From: Octopus sinensis
Taxonomy: Eukaryota
Reading direction: 5' to 3'
DNA length: 64,000 bases
NCBI RefSeq assembly: GCF_006345805.1
Contig: NW_021835997.1
Span: 186,001 to 250,000, forward strand
The notes under the pieces are model-generated. The model was given only the letters and a program-made list of their open reading frames with translations. It did not search any database and was not told where the DNA came from. Positions 50,937 to 64,000 of the stretch are shown piece by piece. The position numbers were made by a program, and so were the translations under genes. Every line of letters begins with the position of its first letter. The first letter of the stretch is position 1.

Positions 50937-53900
50937 GGTTATATCAAAGCAGGTCGCATTTATATATCTACATAAATTTATAGTTATTTAAGGAAACTGC
51001 GAGCGTAGCGAGCAGGGCCTCCGCAGGAGCTAGCTCGCAGTGAGCGAAGCGAACTGCTGAGCTAGTAATATATATAAAGACTTTAAAAAATTTATTAAAT
51101 TTATTGTTAATAGAAATTTAATTTTTGAATTTTTAGAAATACAATTCTGCAGCATTTAGAGTAAAGTTAAAAATACAATTTTTTAGAAAATTCTGGGTTC
51201 ACCGATTTCTGATAAGGGAATTGCGAAGGCTATCGTTTCACAACGAGATAAGATTGCTCCTCTCTGCGACCGATTACGACTGTTTGGCTCCCATCTGGGG
51301 CTGTTTTTGCTGAAAAACTTTCTTTTTATCCCCCGTTTAACATTTTTGCTCCAAACGTCTCCTTGTTTTCGCTCACGTCAAGAACTTTTGGATTTGGATG
51401 ACGCGGTTACATCATCATTACAGTTACTACTGAACACTTTGTTCACTGACGTGGGACGTACACGTGCCGCACTTCCACTCCGCTTTGGTGGCCTTGGGGT
51501 TCGTTCTTGTGCAGATCTTGCTTTGCCTTGTTATCTCTCGTCGATGTCTGCTTCCGGCAATTTCGTTCGCTCTGTTCTTATCAACTCACTCGAACTTGAT
51601 GAGCTTACGGAATACCCTGTTGCTGTTCTCGCCTGGAGATCGCTCGGACTTGGCCTTCCGGAGATTCCTTCAATACAGAAGAGTTGGGATGTCATCTGGT
51701 GCACACACCTGTTGGAGAGTCTTCGCACGCGAGTCGACCAGTTGGAACTGGCTTCTTTGAACTGTGCCTGTCAGCCTCACTCAGGAGACTGGCTAAACGC
51801 ACTTCCGTTGGCGTCCAATGGTCTGCTTATGGAAGACGAAACTATACGTATCGGAGTGTGTCTTCGACTTGGACTTGAAATCTGCCAACCTCACCGTTGT
51901 CGCTGTGGTTTTTTGATTCCTTCGAACGGTTTACACGCATTGTCCTGTAGGAGGAGTGCTGGCCGATTTCCCCGCCACGTCCTCCTCAATGAAGTGGTGA
52001 AAAGGGCTTTGGATTCTGCGGGATTCCCATCGACCCTTGAACCTATTGGGCTCTGCCGCAGTGACGGAAAGCGTCCTGACGGGATGACTATATTCCCCTT
52101 TAGAGGAGGAAGGTCTCTTGTTTGGGATGTAACTTGCGTCGACTCCTTTTCAGATACTGTGCTCACAGGAACAGCCAGTACACCAGGCTACGCATGTGCG
52201 CTGGCAGAAGAAAGGAAGTTGACGAAGTACGCTGTGCTTCCGAACGTCGTTGAGTTTGTCCCCCTAGCCTTTGAGACCTCCGGTGTGGTTGGAAAGAAGG
52301 TAGAAAATCTGTTACGGGTTGTGGGAGGAAGAATCTCACAGAATACAAATGACCGGAGGGAGACGAGCTGGCTTTTCCAGCGCATCTCGGTTGCAATTCT
52401 TCGCGGGAACTGCCTCTCTATCCGCAGTGCTTCGTCGTCGGACTAACCCTCAAGTTCACGACATTAATTCTCTATTAATTAATTTGACTGTAAAAAAAGT
52501 TTATTAATAAAAAAAAAAAAAAAAAAAATTAAAAAAATAATTGAACAAGCATGACACATGGGAAAATAAAATAAGATTAAATGATGAAGATAAAAAGATT
52601 AAATAATACAGATGGAAAAATAAAAAAGTAATGGTGAAGGATTAAATAGTAAAAATGAAAAGATATAAATGATGAAGGTGATAAAAAAGATTAAATTATC
52701 GTCGAAATAAAACCAATTCAATTACAGATTATCCTATATTATAAGAACTTCTGTAAATCAACAATATATTTAATCAATTTTAAACAGAAAATAAAAATTC
52801 ATAAACAAAAATATCCACAACAACCAAATGAATTATGAGTAGCAACGTGGTTTTCCAAAATAAAATTAATTATAGTAAAACGAATATTTTATTATAATAT
52901 AATTAAAATTATTAATTTTTGAATTTATATATTCTGGATCATCTTCACGGACGGCGCTTAGATTGCTTGAGAGACTTGCATAACTCCAAAGTTTCTTGTT
53001 ATTTTAAGATAGTTTGACTATCCAAATAGTATGAATATTTCAAAAATATCTATGCAATCAGTCCCTCTGATGGGACACGTCCTGAGGTTAGACCCGACAT
53101 CCTGATTTCTAGAATACATTACAGTCTTGCCAAAACGTCCGGGAAGACTTCTTGCCAAAAGACTGGAATAGTAATGGCTGTGGAGAAGGACTATTACTTG
53201 GAGTGTTTTCTCATATCGTCGGCCAATATTCCACATAGTCCATATTTGTGAGAAACCTCCGCCAACTCACTCCTTTCTGCTGGTATGAAAGAAGACTTTC
53301 CTCAGTATAGGCAAAGTCTCTGCGTTTAAAGACACCCAAAGTGACAGTGGATACATTTTATGGGCAGTATATACTCAAGAAGTATTCAACCACTACAGAA
53401 ATGAGATTTCATGGAGGACACAACTTGTTTCGCTCCTTAAAATGTAGAATGAGAACCATCTCCTCCCATATGAATATAATCTACCCCGATGAGAGTCCCC
53501 CTCAGTCATCTGTTGATGTGTATTTTCTAATAAATAAACGTTTCTTTGTGCAAAAAAATATAAGTAGACCCAATAATTTCAGAATTGGAAATCAACATTG
53601 CCTGTGATATATTTGCATTTTTTAAAAATAAGATTTCCGTGCTTAAGTATGTTTAGTTCTGTCAGTTTGTAAAGTTTTCACGTTGATCTTAGAATGTAAA
53701 AAATATCATTAAATTTATATATTACTGTTTTTCATAGCGACTTGACCGGGTTGTTCAGATTGTCGAGGAGTAGTCTCCCTCACTTGTCCTTCACTCCACT
53801 CTCTACCGAATAGGCAGCCTGAAAATGGAATAGTCCGCTCAGTTTGGAGAAGCACTTTTCTCACATGTAAAACGTGGTCTCCCAATGAGGACAAGACGGG

Positions 53901-56900
53901 CAGGATCAGCACTAGCTTGTACATAACCAGGAAGAGAGATTCACAAATATTTGCCAGTTTAGTCACGTGCTTACGAAATTTGCACTCAACCACCCCCAGA
54001 AGTAAACAGCAGTCATTAAAAACCTCAAAAAACGAACGAAATAGTTTCCCGCGTATATATGTTTTTGTCAAAATATTGATAAAAAGTGCACACAAGTGCC
54101 GAATCAGACCATCTGTGTGAACAAGGGATTGTTTTAGGAGAGAATATTTTTAGCTGAATTTTCTAAAATATTCTTACTGTGCTCTTAAATATTTTTTATT
54201 TTTGTTTTTGTTATCAAAATTTTTTTAATAGTTCAAATAACTATAATAAAATTTTACGTAATATTTTACTATTTATTATAACGTGGCGCATGTTTTTGCT
54301 TTTAACATTTTGTAAATATTAATTCATATTATTATTTATATTATTTCAAATGAATGCATATTAATATTTGCTCAGGACTTTCAATTGTTTATAATTGTTA
54401 GTTCCGAGTTCTGAATTTATCTTATCAATATTATAATATGCAATAATTGTTTATTTCATGATTTAATTTTGTTTTTTGAATTTTTTCACTAAAATCAGTT
54501 GAATAGATACTGGATTTGTCATTTTTGTAGTTTTATTTTTTGAATTGAGTTATTGATTTAATCTGAATACTATTACGTGATCAATATTTATTGAATAACC
54601 AATCAATGCTATCAAAGGCACAAAATAAAGTGTAAAAGAGGCACTTAAATATTTTATCAAAAACAGCAGTATACTGAAAAGCTCAATATGCACCGTAAAG
54701 AGTGTGATAAAGAATTGAAAGCTCTTGAGGTTTATATCATTTTAATGCGAACTTTGCATTCCCTAGGTCTTTGACATTTATTATTTTTTTGCAATTGTTT
54801 AATCAGGAATTAAAATTATAATGTTCGTTTTCTTGGGACTTATTCTTTTTTACGTTTTTCTTTCTTTCAAAATTTTCTTTGAGTTGACTGGACTATAAAA
54901 GGAATGTCGCTGAACTGATTATTAATATCTATCAGCAGTTTAGTAAAATCTCGGTGGTTGGGGGGATGACCTCTGATATAGTTTACTATTTTCGTGACCA
55001 AACTAATGGTATTTTTGATTTTTATTATCTTTTTTTTTCAACCAAAAATTTTTGTTACAAAATGTATTATTAATCGTTAATTTTTTTTATCAATTAACAC
55101 CGAAAATCGTCAAGTCCCAGCGGCAAGGACGCAGTGTGCGTTGCCCGAACAATGGCCAGACCGATGCGCTGGCGGAACCAGAGACCCTCTCTCGTGTCCT
55201 TGAGCCTCCTCCCAATGGACTGCCCGACCTCTTTGAGGAACGAGTCAGTCTCCTTTCCAGCTGCTCCAGCGGTCTCCAGGGCGATTGCCGTAACGCAGTA
55301 GCGGTCCGCAAGCGAAGAATATTTGTGTAGTTTCATCTTTTCGGCGTGGTTTGCAGCTGAACAAGGGTTTGCGGCGGAAGAATGGATCCTCGATTTTGAA
55401 AAGGTATCCACAACGGTAACGTCACATACGAGGGCCTTCCCCGACGATTACGGGAATATTGTCATCCCGTCAGGCCTTTTGCCGTCTCCCCGATCGAGTC
55501 CGACCGGTTCGAGACCGCCCTTCACGATTTCATCGAGGGCCTTGTGTCTGTGTTCTCTGCCTGCGCTCCTCTTGCAGGAAAGTGGGTGCAGTCCCTTTTC
55601 GTCAACGTTCTCACCGCATCTGCAGCGGTGTCTTGCGCAAACATTCAGGCCGAGACGGTGAGCCACTCCGATGCGTATGGCAGCATCGTCTAGCCGTGTC
55701 CCGATGCTGGAAAGAGGAAGAACATTCAGCCAGCTGCCAGAGTGAGGGGCGGATGCCGCACGAAGGCATGCCAGGCGGTGTTGGTCAAGGGGTTTTTTAT
55801 TATCCTTGAGCACAAATATTGCTGATGAATAATACAATGAAAATGAGCAAATGATGATTATTATTATTTAAGCCAAACAAAATCACCGTCTTAACCATTA
55901 ACTAACACGTTCAGGTGATTCCGACACTTCTCAACAGTCGAGCCATCTTTTCACGATGTTCAGACCGTGACCCCACACACTTTCTGTATGTACGGTGAAT
56001 GGTTTGTGGTCCATTTCCACGATCCCCCCATTTGCCTCTACGAGAGACTCCAGTGTTCTATGGACAATTTCCCTATCGGTATGGTCCTTCAGTAGGTTGA
56101 TAGATCTTTCTTGATTTTTTTCGATTTTTAGCCGGTTCGTTGCCGCCAGGTTACAGCCCCAATCAGCACATGCATAGCCTATTGTTGGCTCGATACACTG
56201 CTTGTAAAGGGTCTCTACCCCTGGCGGACAAGTTCTCCCACAGTTCCAAAGAAAGGCTTTCACAAAATTAATTTTCTTTATACAAGTTGACACGATCGAT
56301 TCAACATGAGGTGAAAAACAGAGGAAACGGAAAATACAATCAGATTCTACGTGAGGAACATATGACATGGAAAATACAATTAAAAATTTTAAAAATAATC
56401 AATACATAAGTTTTGGGATAAATTGTGAATTTTTATGATTAATCTTAGGGAGACGAAGTGCAGTATAAAGGATATCTGCTACTTAGTCTTCCTACATAAT
56501 TTTTAGTAGGTGCGACGCTAGGGGTGAGACTTACCTTCGAGATTACATCCTCAACTACCTGTCGGGTTGCCTCCTTGAACTTAGGGCGAATGGATGCACA
56601 AATTTTATTTTACGGTTGATGTGACATCTAGATAAACTTTTTTTAAAGATAAAACTTTTATTCTAAAAACCAAAATCATAATAAACGAAAGAAAGAAAAA
56701 GACTAAGCTGAACTTGCCGCATGATTGATAGACAATTCCCGCGTAAGACGACCAGCGAGATCCTCTGGATCAGAAACGTAAATTCCCTAAAATCACTGGA
56801 ACGACGGATCCATAAACCGCCAATTTTATTAAGGTTAGGAAAAGTTTTGGCGCAAAAAACACAAGACGTCTCCACGGCAATAGCCCAAAAGCAGAAACAA

Positions 56901-59900
56901 TGAACCAAATGGCTCTACTTCGAAATTTTCAAAGATTCATCCTTCTCTGCCGCCGAACCGTGTCTAAAAGCAGAAGAAACTAAGGTTCTCTTTGAGAGAG
57001 AGTCTTTCCCAAGAAAGTTGTTTCCCGGCTTCAAAAGCAAACTTCTAAATAAATAAAATTCAAAGAAATTGAAATATGACATTTTTAATCTTGTGAAGGC
57101 GATATTGTTCAAAAAAATTAATTCCGTTCAAGAGAATATAATACAGGATGTTTTACATTTTCCCAAATTACGAAATATGTGGAAGAAATAATTTTTCGAA
57201 ACTGTCAAAAATTAACTCTTCTTTAAAAGTATTTACCGACCCCTGAATGTTTTTTTCTTGTGTAAGCTTCTCGTTTTAGACATTGTCAAAATTCTTTCGA
57301 AGAAATATTGAAATAAAGACAATTCTTCTAATCAATAATTCGTCTAATATCAAATCTTATTAGACGGGCGCATAAAGTCTGTGATCAACTAATAATAATT
57401 ATTATTAATTGCACATCTGCAACAACAAGAAAGAAAGTTACAATCTTCCCGTCGCTTGTGCCACACACTCCGTAATAGTTGCATCTAACTGTTCTGTTTT
57501 GAAAATGGAGTATAAGTCTTGGTTCTAGGAGTATAAGTCTTCATTGGATAGTTACGAATTTAGTCAATTGGGACCAAGCCAAAATTGGCGACTAAGAGAA
57601 TTTGGCGAATAAAAGAAATAATCAATATCCTATCTTCTGTCAAAAATAATTTTCTATAACTTTTAACTACCTATTTGAATGATTCTAAACATTTAAATAA
57701 ATATCTGAAACATTTATTAAAAACCAAAATAGCCTGTAGACGAGTTGTCGCCTAACTCGCCTAAATTTATTTGGTGACAACTCGTTTACGAAGAAAAATA
57801 TTTTAAGGGTAAATAAAATAAAATTTTAAAATAATTACTTTTTATTCTGAACTTTTAAAGCAAATCAAACCATCAATTAGCTTAAAATAGCAATCTACTT
57901 CAAATTCATGAAAATTTTAACATGCTATTCTCAGTTCAAGTTCCTTTTTGCAGTCTGTCGCAGACACTTCAAGATACCTTCCTGACTTAATTTGTGTCAT
58001 TATCACAAAAAGTCTGTTCTTCCCTGGCCAAAACATTGACAAAAGCTGCCAAATTTGGGTGCGCTCTGTTAAAAGAACTGTTCAACAGCTAATGCCAACC
58101 TTTTAATGAATTAGTTGTCCTAGGCACTGACTTTAATACCTGATGAAAACAACTCCAAAAACAAGATGGGTCAGCAATAAAATGTTTTTTAAAATAAATC
58201 AGAAAATTCATTATTTTTTGGTTGTTTTCTTTTCCTGTAGCATCAAGAGAAAATTTTTCAAATTCCAATAAAACATTTTCCACAGGGATGAAAGCCAAAT
58301 GGTAGCATTTCCTTTCTGTCATGCTGTTTGTCTCCAAATTATCTGCCCGCTCAACATGGTGTCGGCGTTTCAAGGTTGCGAGGCTGCGGCCCATTCCTTT
58401 CGTGAACTGTCAGAATCTTCCGAGGAGTTTATCATGGTCAAACTGGACGTATATAATGCTTTTAACTCCATCAGACGGGATCACTTACTGGAATGCTGCC
58501 GCGAAATGGCTCCTTTCGCATACCCAAGCATACTTATGTTTGACGACGTCCCTCTCGGCCATTGGCCTATCCATTAATGCAAATAAATCTTTTTTTAATT
58601 ATTAAAAATTTAAAATAATTAAAGCTTTTAATGAAAAAGCCAATTCACATACTTCATAATTTTCATCTTTAACAATAATGTATCTTTTTCGTGAATGTCT
58701 CCCCCATTCTGTCCAATCCCCTGTAAACATTTGGTACCTAGACGACGCAACTATTTGCGCTCCTCCCGAAGTTGTTTTTGACGACCTCCGGATTATCCTG
58801 CTATCCCTCTCGGCCATTGGCCTTTCTATTAACGCAAATAAATCTGAAATTGTGAATATCCACCTTCAACAAAGTTTGTTCTCTGCCGCCGCCTCTGTTT
58901 GCCGCAATATTCTTCCAGACGTTCGTATTACCGAAAAGTCTAATTTATCCACGCTAAGATGTGCACCCTGTTTCCACAGAAGTGACCTCCTATCTGATTT
59001 GGATTATATCCTTACGCTCGGTATGAGCTCCCTATGCAATCTTGCTTTTGACGATTCTGGCTGGTCTCAGGCGACCTTACCTGTGCGCTGAGGCGGCCTT
59101 GGTCTAAGATCCTGTTCCGATTTGGCTTTTCCGGCTTATCTGTCCTCTCATTCTGCCTCCCGCACTCTCTTAGACATCGTTCTCCGAAACCATCTTGACT
59201 GCAGATTTTGCCGCGACAGGTCTCTTATGGAAGGCCCGGTTTTACTCGAGGCGGCCTGAGTCTGAGCACTACCAGCGCCAGTGGGACGAGATTGTATGTC
59301 GTTCTTTGTACGAAGAACTCACCCCGAAACTTCACCAACACAGCCGCCGTTGAGACCTCTGGGGTCTTTGGCCGAGTGTCGCTTTGTTTCCTACGCTGTT
59401 TGGGGAGAAGAATCGCCAAAAGGAGGGACGACCAGAGAGAGTCCTTTTGGCTTCTTCAACGTCTCTCTATTGCCGTAATCCGCGGCAACTGTTTCGCAAT
59501 CCGTGAGGCTGGGAGGGCTCCCTGAACTGCGTAGACTTAATTAAAATTATTTTATTTTTGACGAAATATGAGATTAATCCCATTAAAAAATGAGTAAACA
59601 AAGTTGGGTACGAGTGTCCGAAAAAGATACATTATTGTTAAAGATGACAATCAAAAAATTCATTTAAAATTATGAAGTATATGAATTGGCTTTTTCATTA
59701 AATGCTTTAATTATTTTAAATTTTAACGTATCTCTGGGGACTTGGTCTTCGTCCTGCTTGCAACCGAGCCTCGTGAATCAAGCCTGTAAGCTAGCTTCAG
59801 AGCATAGCGCCGGGTTTATTTGCATTTTCTGTTAATTTTCCCAAGATCTTTGGAGTAGAACCACGCTTCCATCACGCACAGCAAGCAGCTGGGACGGTCA

Positions 59901-62190
59901 ATTTCAGCTAGAGGCCCAGGACTCTGATCTGGTGACTTTTTGGTGTTAATTTGCAGATAAGCGGATTTGTCTATTGCTAGCGAGAGCCGCTTATTGGTGC
60001 ACCGCTCCTTTATCACTTCAATGTAGGTGGCAAGTTTTTTTTCTGAAATCTTTGCGCCCTTTGAGGTGTCTAGGATGAGGACGTCATCTGGTATATTGAA
60101 CAAGTCATTAAATTTACTTATAAAGAAATAGTAAAAACAGTAAATTAAATATTTTATTAAATAATCTCGAAAAATCAGCGTTAAAAATAGGTTTAAACTC
60201 GTTTATTTTGCAGCAAGATAATGCTTTTTAAGAGTCAGTCGGCCTCTCCCAAACTTAAATTACAGGAAAGTTTTTGTATCTTAAATATTGTGTAGTTAGT
60301 TTTGAATATATTTGGTTTCTGAAACTCGTTTCTGAAATAAATTGTTATAAACTAAAAAAAATATATATTTGGTTTATATTGTAATATTTTAATTATAATT
60401 TATTTCTAAATATATAATAAAATAAATGTCACATGTATTTCGTGCTTAGCTGTACTTTCTTATGTGCCCAAATTTATTAATTTGGTCAATCCGGAAAGTG
60501 ACATAGTATCGCTAATTAATGGATCATACCGTACATTTTAATAGTACAAAATTCTCTGATGTGATGAAATGATAGGGACAAATGATTAATGATTACCTAT
60601 TGTTCTGATCAACTTTAGTCATTTGAGAGACTATTTTTAGCATACTTTATTAATATATTCAAATCTATCGATTCGAGAGCCAATTTTACAAAAAATTAAT
60701 ATTCTTAATATTAGTTTAAATTTGGAATAGTATTATTTTTCAATAAATTTGATTATTTTTTGTCGTATACCTCTAAGTTGTATTAGATTATCAATTAATG
60801 AGAAAATTAGAATTTGTACATGTAATTGTGAATCTAACAAAAAAATAAGTGACTATCTAAATATGACTCAATAAGTCAAAATACTTTGTCAATGGAGAAA
60901 ATCCTGATGTATTGAAAAAATCTCGTGGTGGAGATTATTCTTCTAAATTTAATAATTTACACAAGCAATGATTTAATATTGAATATAAGAAAATAATTTT
61001 AAAATTGATAAAGACCCTCTCAAATTTACCAAATTGTCGAATTCAAAATTTTCGTAATTCACATGATATTTGCGTGATCATCTATATCTACATTTTCCTG
61101 AGAAGCACAAGTTGTATTCACCTTTAGAGATCTAAAAGCTTCTGAAAGATTTACTCTTTTTTCATTAGATTCCTCTTCAAAAATTGTTTCCTATGTCTAA
61201 TTATAAATAAAATCACCAACCGATTCAACTTTTTTGACTGTAATGTATCAGCTTGTTCAGATTTTTTTGAATTGCATTAGCTCTTCATTTCTATTATATA
61301 CACAATCAACATATTCACTATAAATTATTGGATCGTCAATTTAAAATGTCTTAATTATTTTTTATATAGCAACCCACTGCTTGATATAAATTTTTCATCA
61401 TTTTTTCAAAATTCAAGAGGTTTTGAAATTAACATCGAATCTCATAGAATTGATCTACGTAATTCCATTAAGTCAATCCATATTATCGCTTTAACAGTTT
61501 CATTAAATTTGAGTTTTGGAATTGTTGTTATGTTTAAATTTTTTGATATTTGTCACATTTAAACGTTCTATTTTATTTAAGATCTTCAGAGAAATTTTCT
61601 CTTTACTCGTGAAGAAAAAGAAAAAAATCTTGGAAAATTGAGAAGCAGAAACAAATGGGTCACCTAAATATAGCATAGTATAGAAATTTTTTGTTGCTAA
61701 AAAGTTTAACACAATCCGTCACAATTACAATGATGCGTGTAATAAATATTTTAAAATTTTGATTAATTTGAAGAGAGGATTTTGAATAATCCATCGAAAT
61801 AATTAAAAGAAGCTGAATCGAAAAGCGACGGATTTAAGAAATTGCAGTATATTTGTCTTTTATTTCTAAGAATAAATAAAACATCGTGTGCGTAATTTAA
61901 TCATTAGAGTTTGTTTTTTATGATTATTATTTGTACAATCAATTAATGTCCTCTTTTTTTATCTAGATGCGGATTGATAAATAATTAAAATACCACATTT
62001 GTGTCATTTAAACATATCATTTCACAATAATAAGAAATGTGGAATAAAAAGTAAAAATAATTTATTTAAATTTAGAAAAAAATGGAGTACGAACGATCTG
62101 ATCGTAGATAAAAAGCTACACAGAACAAGTATCTTGCAAAATATTTTGTACTTTGCAAAAAACGAAATTTTTTATGACAAGCTTATCGGT
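49321..62190. repeat. Copy 2 of the tandem duplication
   Basis: Repeats the Helitron 3' half (CTAG 51062-51065), CRE copies (about 51197-52530, 55090-55810, 56663-56980, 58310-59530) and the LINE and MULE fragments. It then continues into the intact kinase at 62191. Confidence 0.97.
60561..60608 (+). ncRNA. Duplicate of the candidate box C/D snoRNA
   Basis: Identical to 47691-47738. Confidence 0.6.
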
Positions 62191-63071
62191 GAAGGAAAAT
62201 ATGGAAAAGTATATTTGGTTTTTATTAATCGTAATCTTATTTTTATAGGGAAAGATTCTCAAAACAAATGAAATAGTCGCAATCAAAGAAGTAAAATGGC
62301 TGAAAGACGATTTGACTTCTTCATCCATTAAAGAGGTTAAATATTTTAAATAACCCAAAAGGTCTCAATTTGGAATAAATTACGACATCCAAATATTTTG
62401 CTGTTTTTTGGCATAATTAAAGATCTGGAACATATTTCGATGGTGATTGGTTTTCATTTGTTTTTATTCTACAGAATATGCCAGTGGAGGATCGTTGGAA
62501 CAATTGTTACTAAATTCAACTATAAACATTACGTTAAAACGTAAGATCGATATATCAGTCGATATCGCATGTGGAATGGTTTGTACTAATATGTAATCTA
62601 TTCGTTAGAAGTATTTGAACAATCAAAATATTATGCACAGAGATCTGAAATCGGATAATTGTCTGATTAAAAAAGTACAATTAGTACATTAAAATATGTA
62701 AAGAACGGAGTTGTGGTTGTTGCTGATTTTGGACTGTCCAAAACGTTTTATGAAAATATTTACGAATCTTCACAAGGTCGAAATTCAGTCGTGGGAAGTG
62801 TATTCTATATGGCTCCAGAAATACTAAATGGGATGGAATACAATTATAAAGCTGATGTTTATTCATTTGGGATTATTCTATGTGAGGTATCAATAAACCA
62901 TGTTGAAATTTTTTAGCTAATTAATAGAGTTGGCAGCGACCCTGACGTTCTTCCAAGAAATGAAAATTTTTTAGTCAACGTTGATATTTTTAGAAATGTA
63001 TATAAACAAGCATATCCTTCCGTGTTACTTGACCTTGTAGAATTTTGTTGTGCATATGAAAATTCCAAAAA
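62070..63071 (+). CDS. TESK/LIMK-family protein kinase with 29-32-nt introns (start codon and last exon not resolved)
   Basis: IGEGKYGKVYL|GKILKTNEIVAIKE..|..LRHPNILLFFG..EYASGGSLEQLL..ACGM|KYL..MHRDLKSDNCLIKK|NGVVVVADFGLSK..VVGSVFYMAPE..KADVYSFGIILCE|LINRVGSDPDVLPRNENF. The DPDxLPR motif is typical of TESK/LIMK. Confidence 0.9.
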
Positions 63072-63081
63072 GTAGTTTATA

Positions 63082-64000
63082 CAGTACCGCTCAAATGTTT
63101 CGGACCACCCTATTTTTCTCAATTTCCAAGTCAATCCTAAATTATTTTTATACGGTTCTTTAGAGAAACTTATTAGATAAGCTTAAATACATTTATTCTA
63201 TTCTAAAATTTTCTTTAAATATTTTTGTTTGGCGCCAATTGAATATAATTGATTTTGACTCGATCATATGTTCCGGACCAGTTGCAATCATATGTTTCGA
63301 ACCAGTTAAATCTCTTTAAATTTAAATAATTTTTGATTCAATTAAAAACAAAAGACTAATAAATAACAAATGCCGCGTGTTTCACTGGTTGATCGGGTCG
63401 CTATCATCACTTTTTTTAAAGATGGAGCTTCACAAAGAGAAATTGCCGAAAAATTAAAAATATCCAAAACTGCTGTTCAAAGAACAATTTCCAGATATTC
63501 ATCCGTTGGACTATATTCCGACAGACCCAAATCTGGTCGACCGAGATTGTTATCCCCAAGATCTGAACGCAAATTAGTGAGAATTTCGAAAGCAGACCCC
63601 ACAAAAACGGCAAATCAAATTAAATTTGATATGAAATTAAATTCTATTGTAAGCACAAATACAATTAAAAGATGCCTACAAAGAAATAATTTGAATGGGC
63701 GAAAGCAATGCCCAAAACCAAGTCTTTCCATATGCCATAAAAAGGCTAGAAAAAATTGGTGCATTGAGAAATTAACTTGGAGCCAAAATGATTGGGGTAA
63801 AATTATTTTTAGTGATGAATGCAAAATAAATTTGCATTCAAACACAAAAAATTATGTTAGAAGGCCACCAAACTCTAGATTTGACTCAAAATATTGTTTA
63901 AAAACACGAAAATTTTCTCCTAGCATTATGGTCTGGGGAGCTATTGCTGCAAATGGATGGAGAAACATTGTCTTATGCATTAAAAATGTTGATTCCGCAG
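63082..64000 (+). mobile_element. Tc1 transposon with an apparently intact transposase (ATG 63370, runs off the window)
   Basis: TA|CAGTACCGCTCAAATGTTTCGGACCACCC TIR. MPRVSL..SQREIAEKLKISKTAVQR (HTH), SGRPR, IFSDECK (first D) and MVWGAI, with no stop to the window end. Confidence 0.93.

Overview
AT-rich, transposon-saturated eukaryotic nuclear DNA, with no prokaryotic features. The host genes are a DMC1 fragment, a VPS13A/C fragment and a TESK/LIMK-type kinase. They carry spliceosomal introns of only 22-31 nt, which points to a highly reduced parasitic animal (myxozoan- or dicyemid-like; inference). Most of the window is TE debris: several CRE-clade and Jockey/RTE-like LINEs, an RLE-type non-LTR tail, Ginger-type integrase elements, Tc1, Tigger, MULE and hAT remnants, and a Helitron. 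There is one tRNA-His and a candidate ultra-compact box C/D snoRNA. The right half is a ~12.87-kb near-perfect tandem duplication (36448-49320 / 49321-62190). Its junction fuses the kinase 5' coding region in frame to the Helitron Pif1 helicase and leaves out the HUH nuclease motifs. Other notable items are telomeric repeats at the deletion junction of a Ginger element, micro-introns inside a Ginger integrase, a DMC1 fragment joined head-to-head to a headless VPS13, and intron-less decayed ORFs I cannot identify (possible endogenous viral elements). All translations and alignments were done by eye, and no database search was run.
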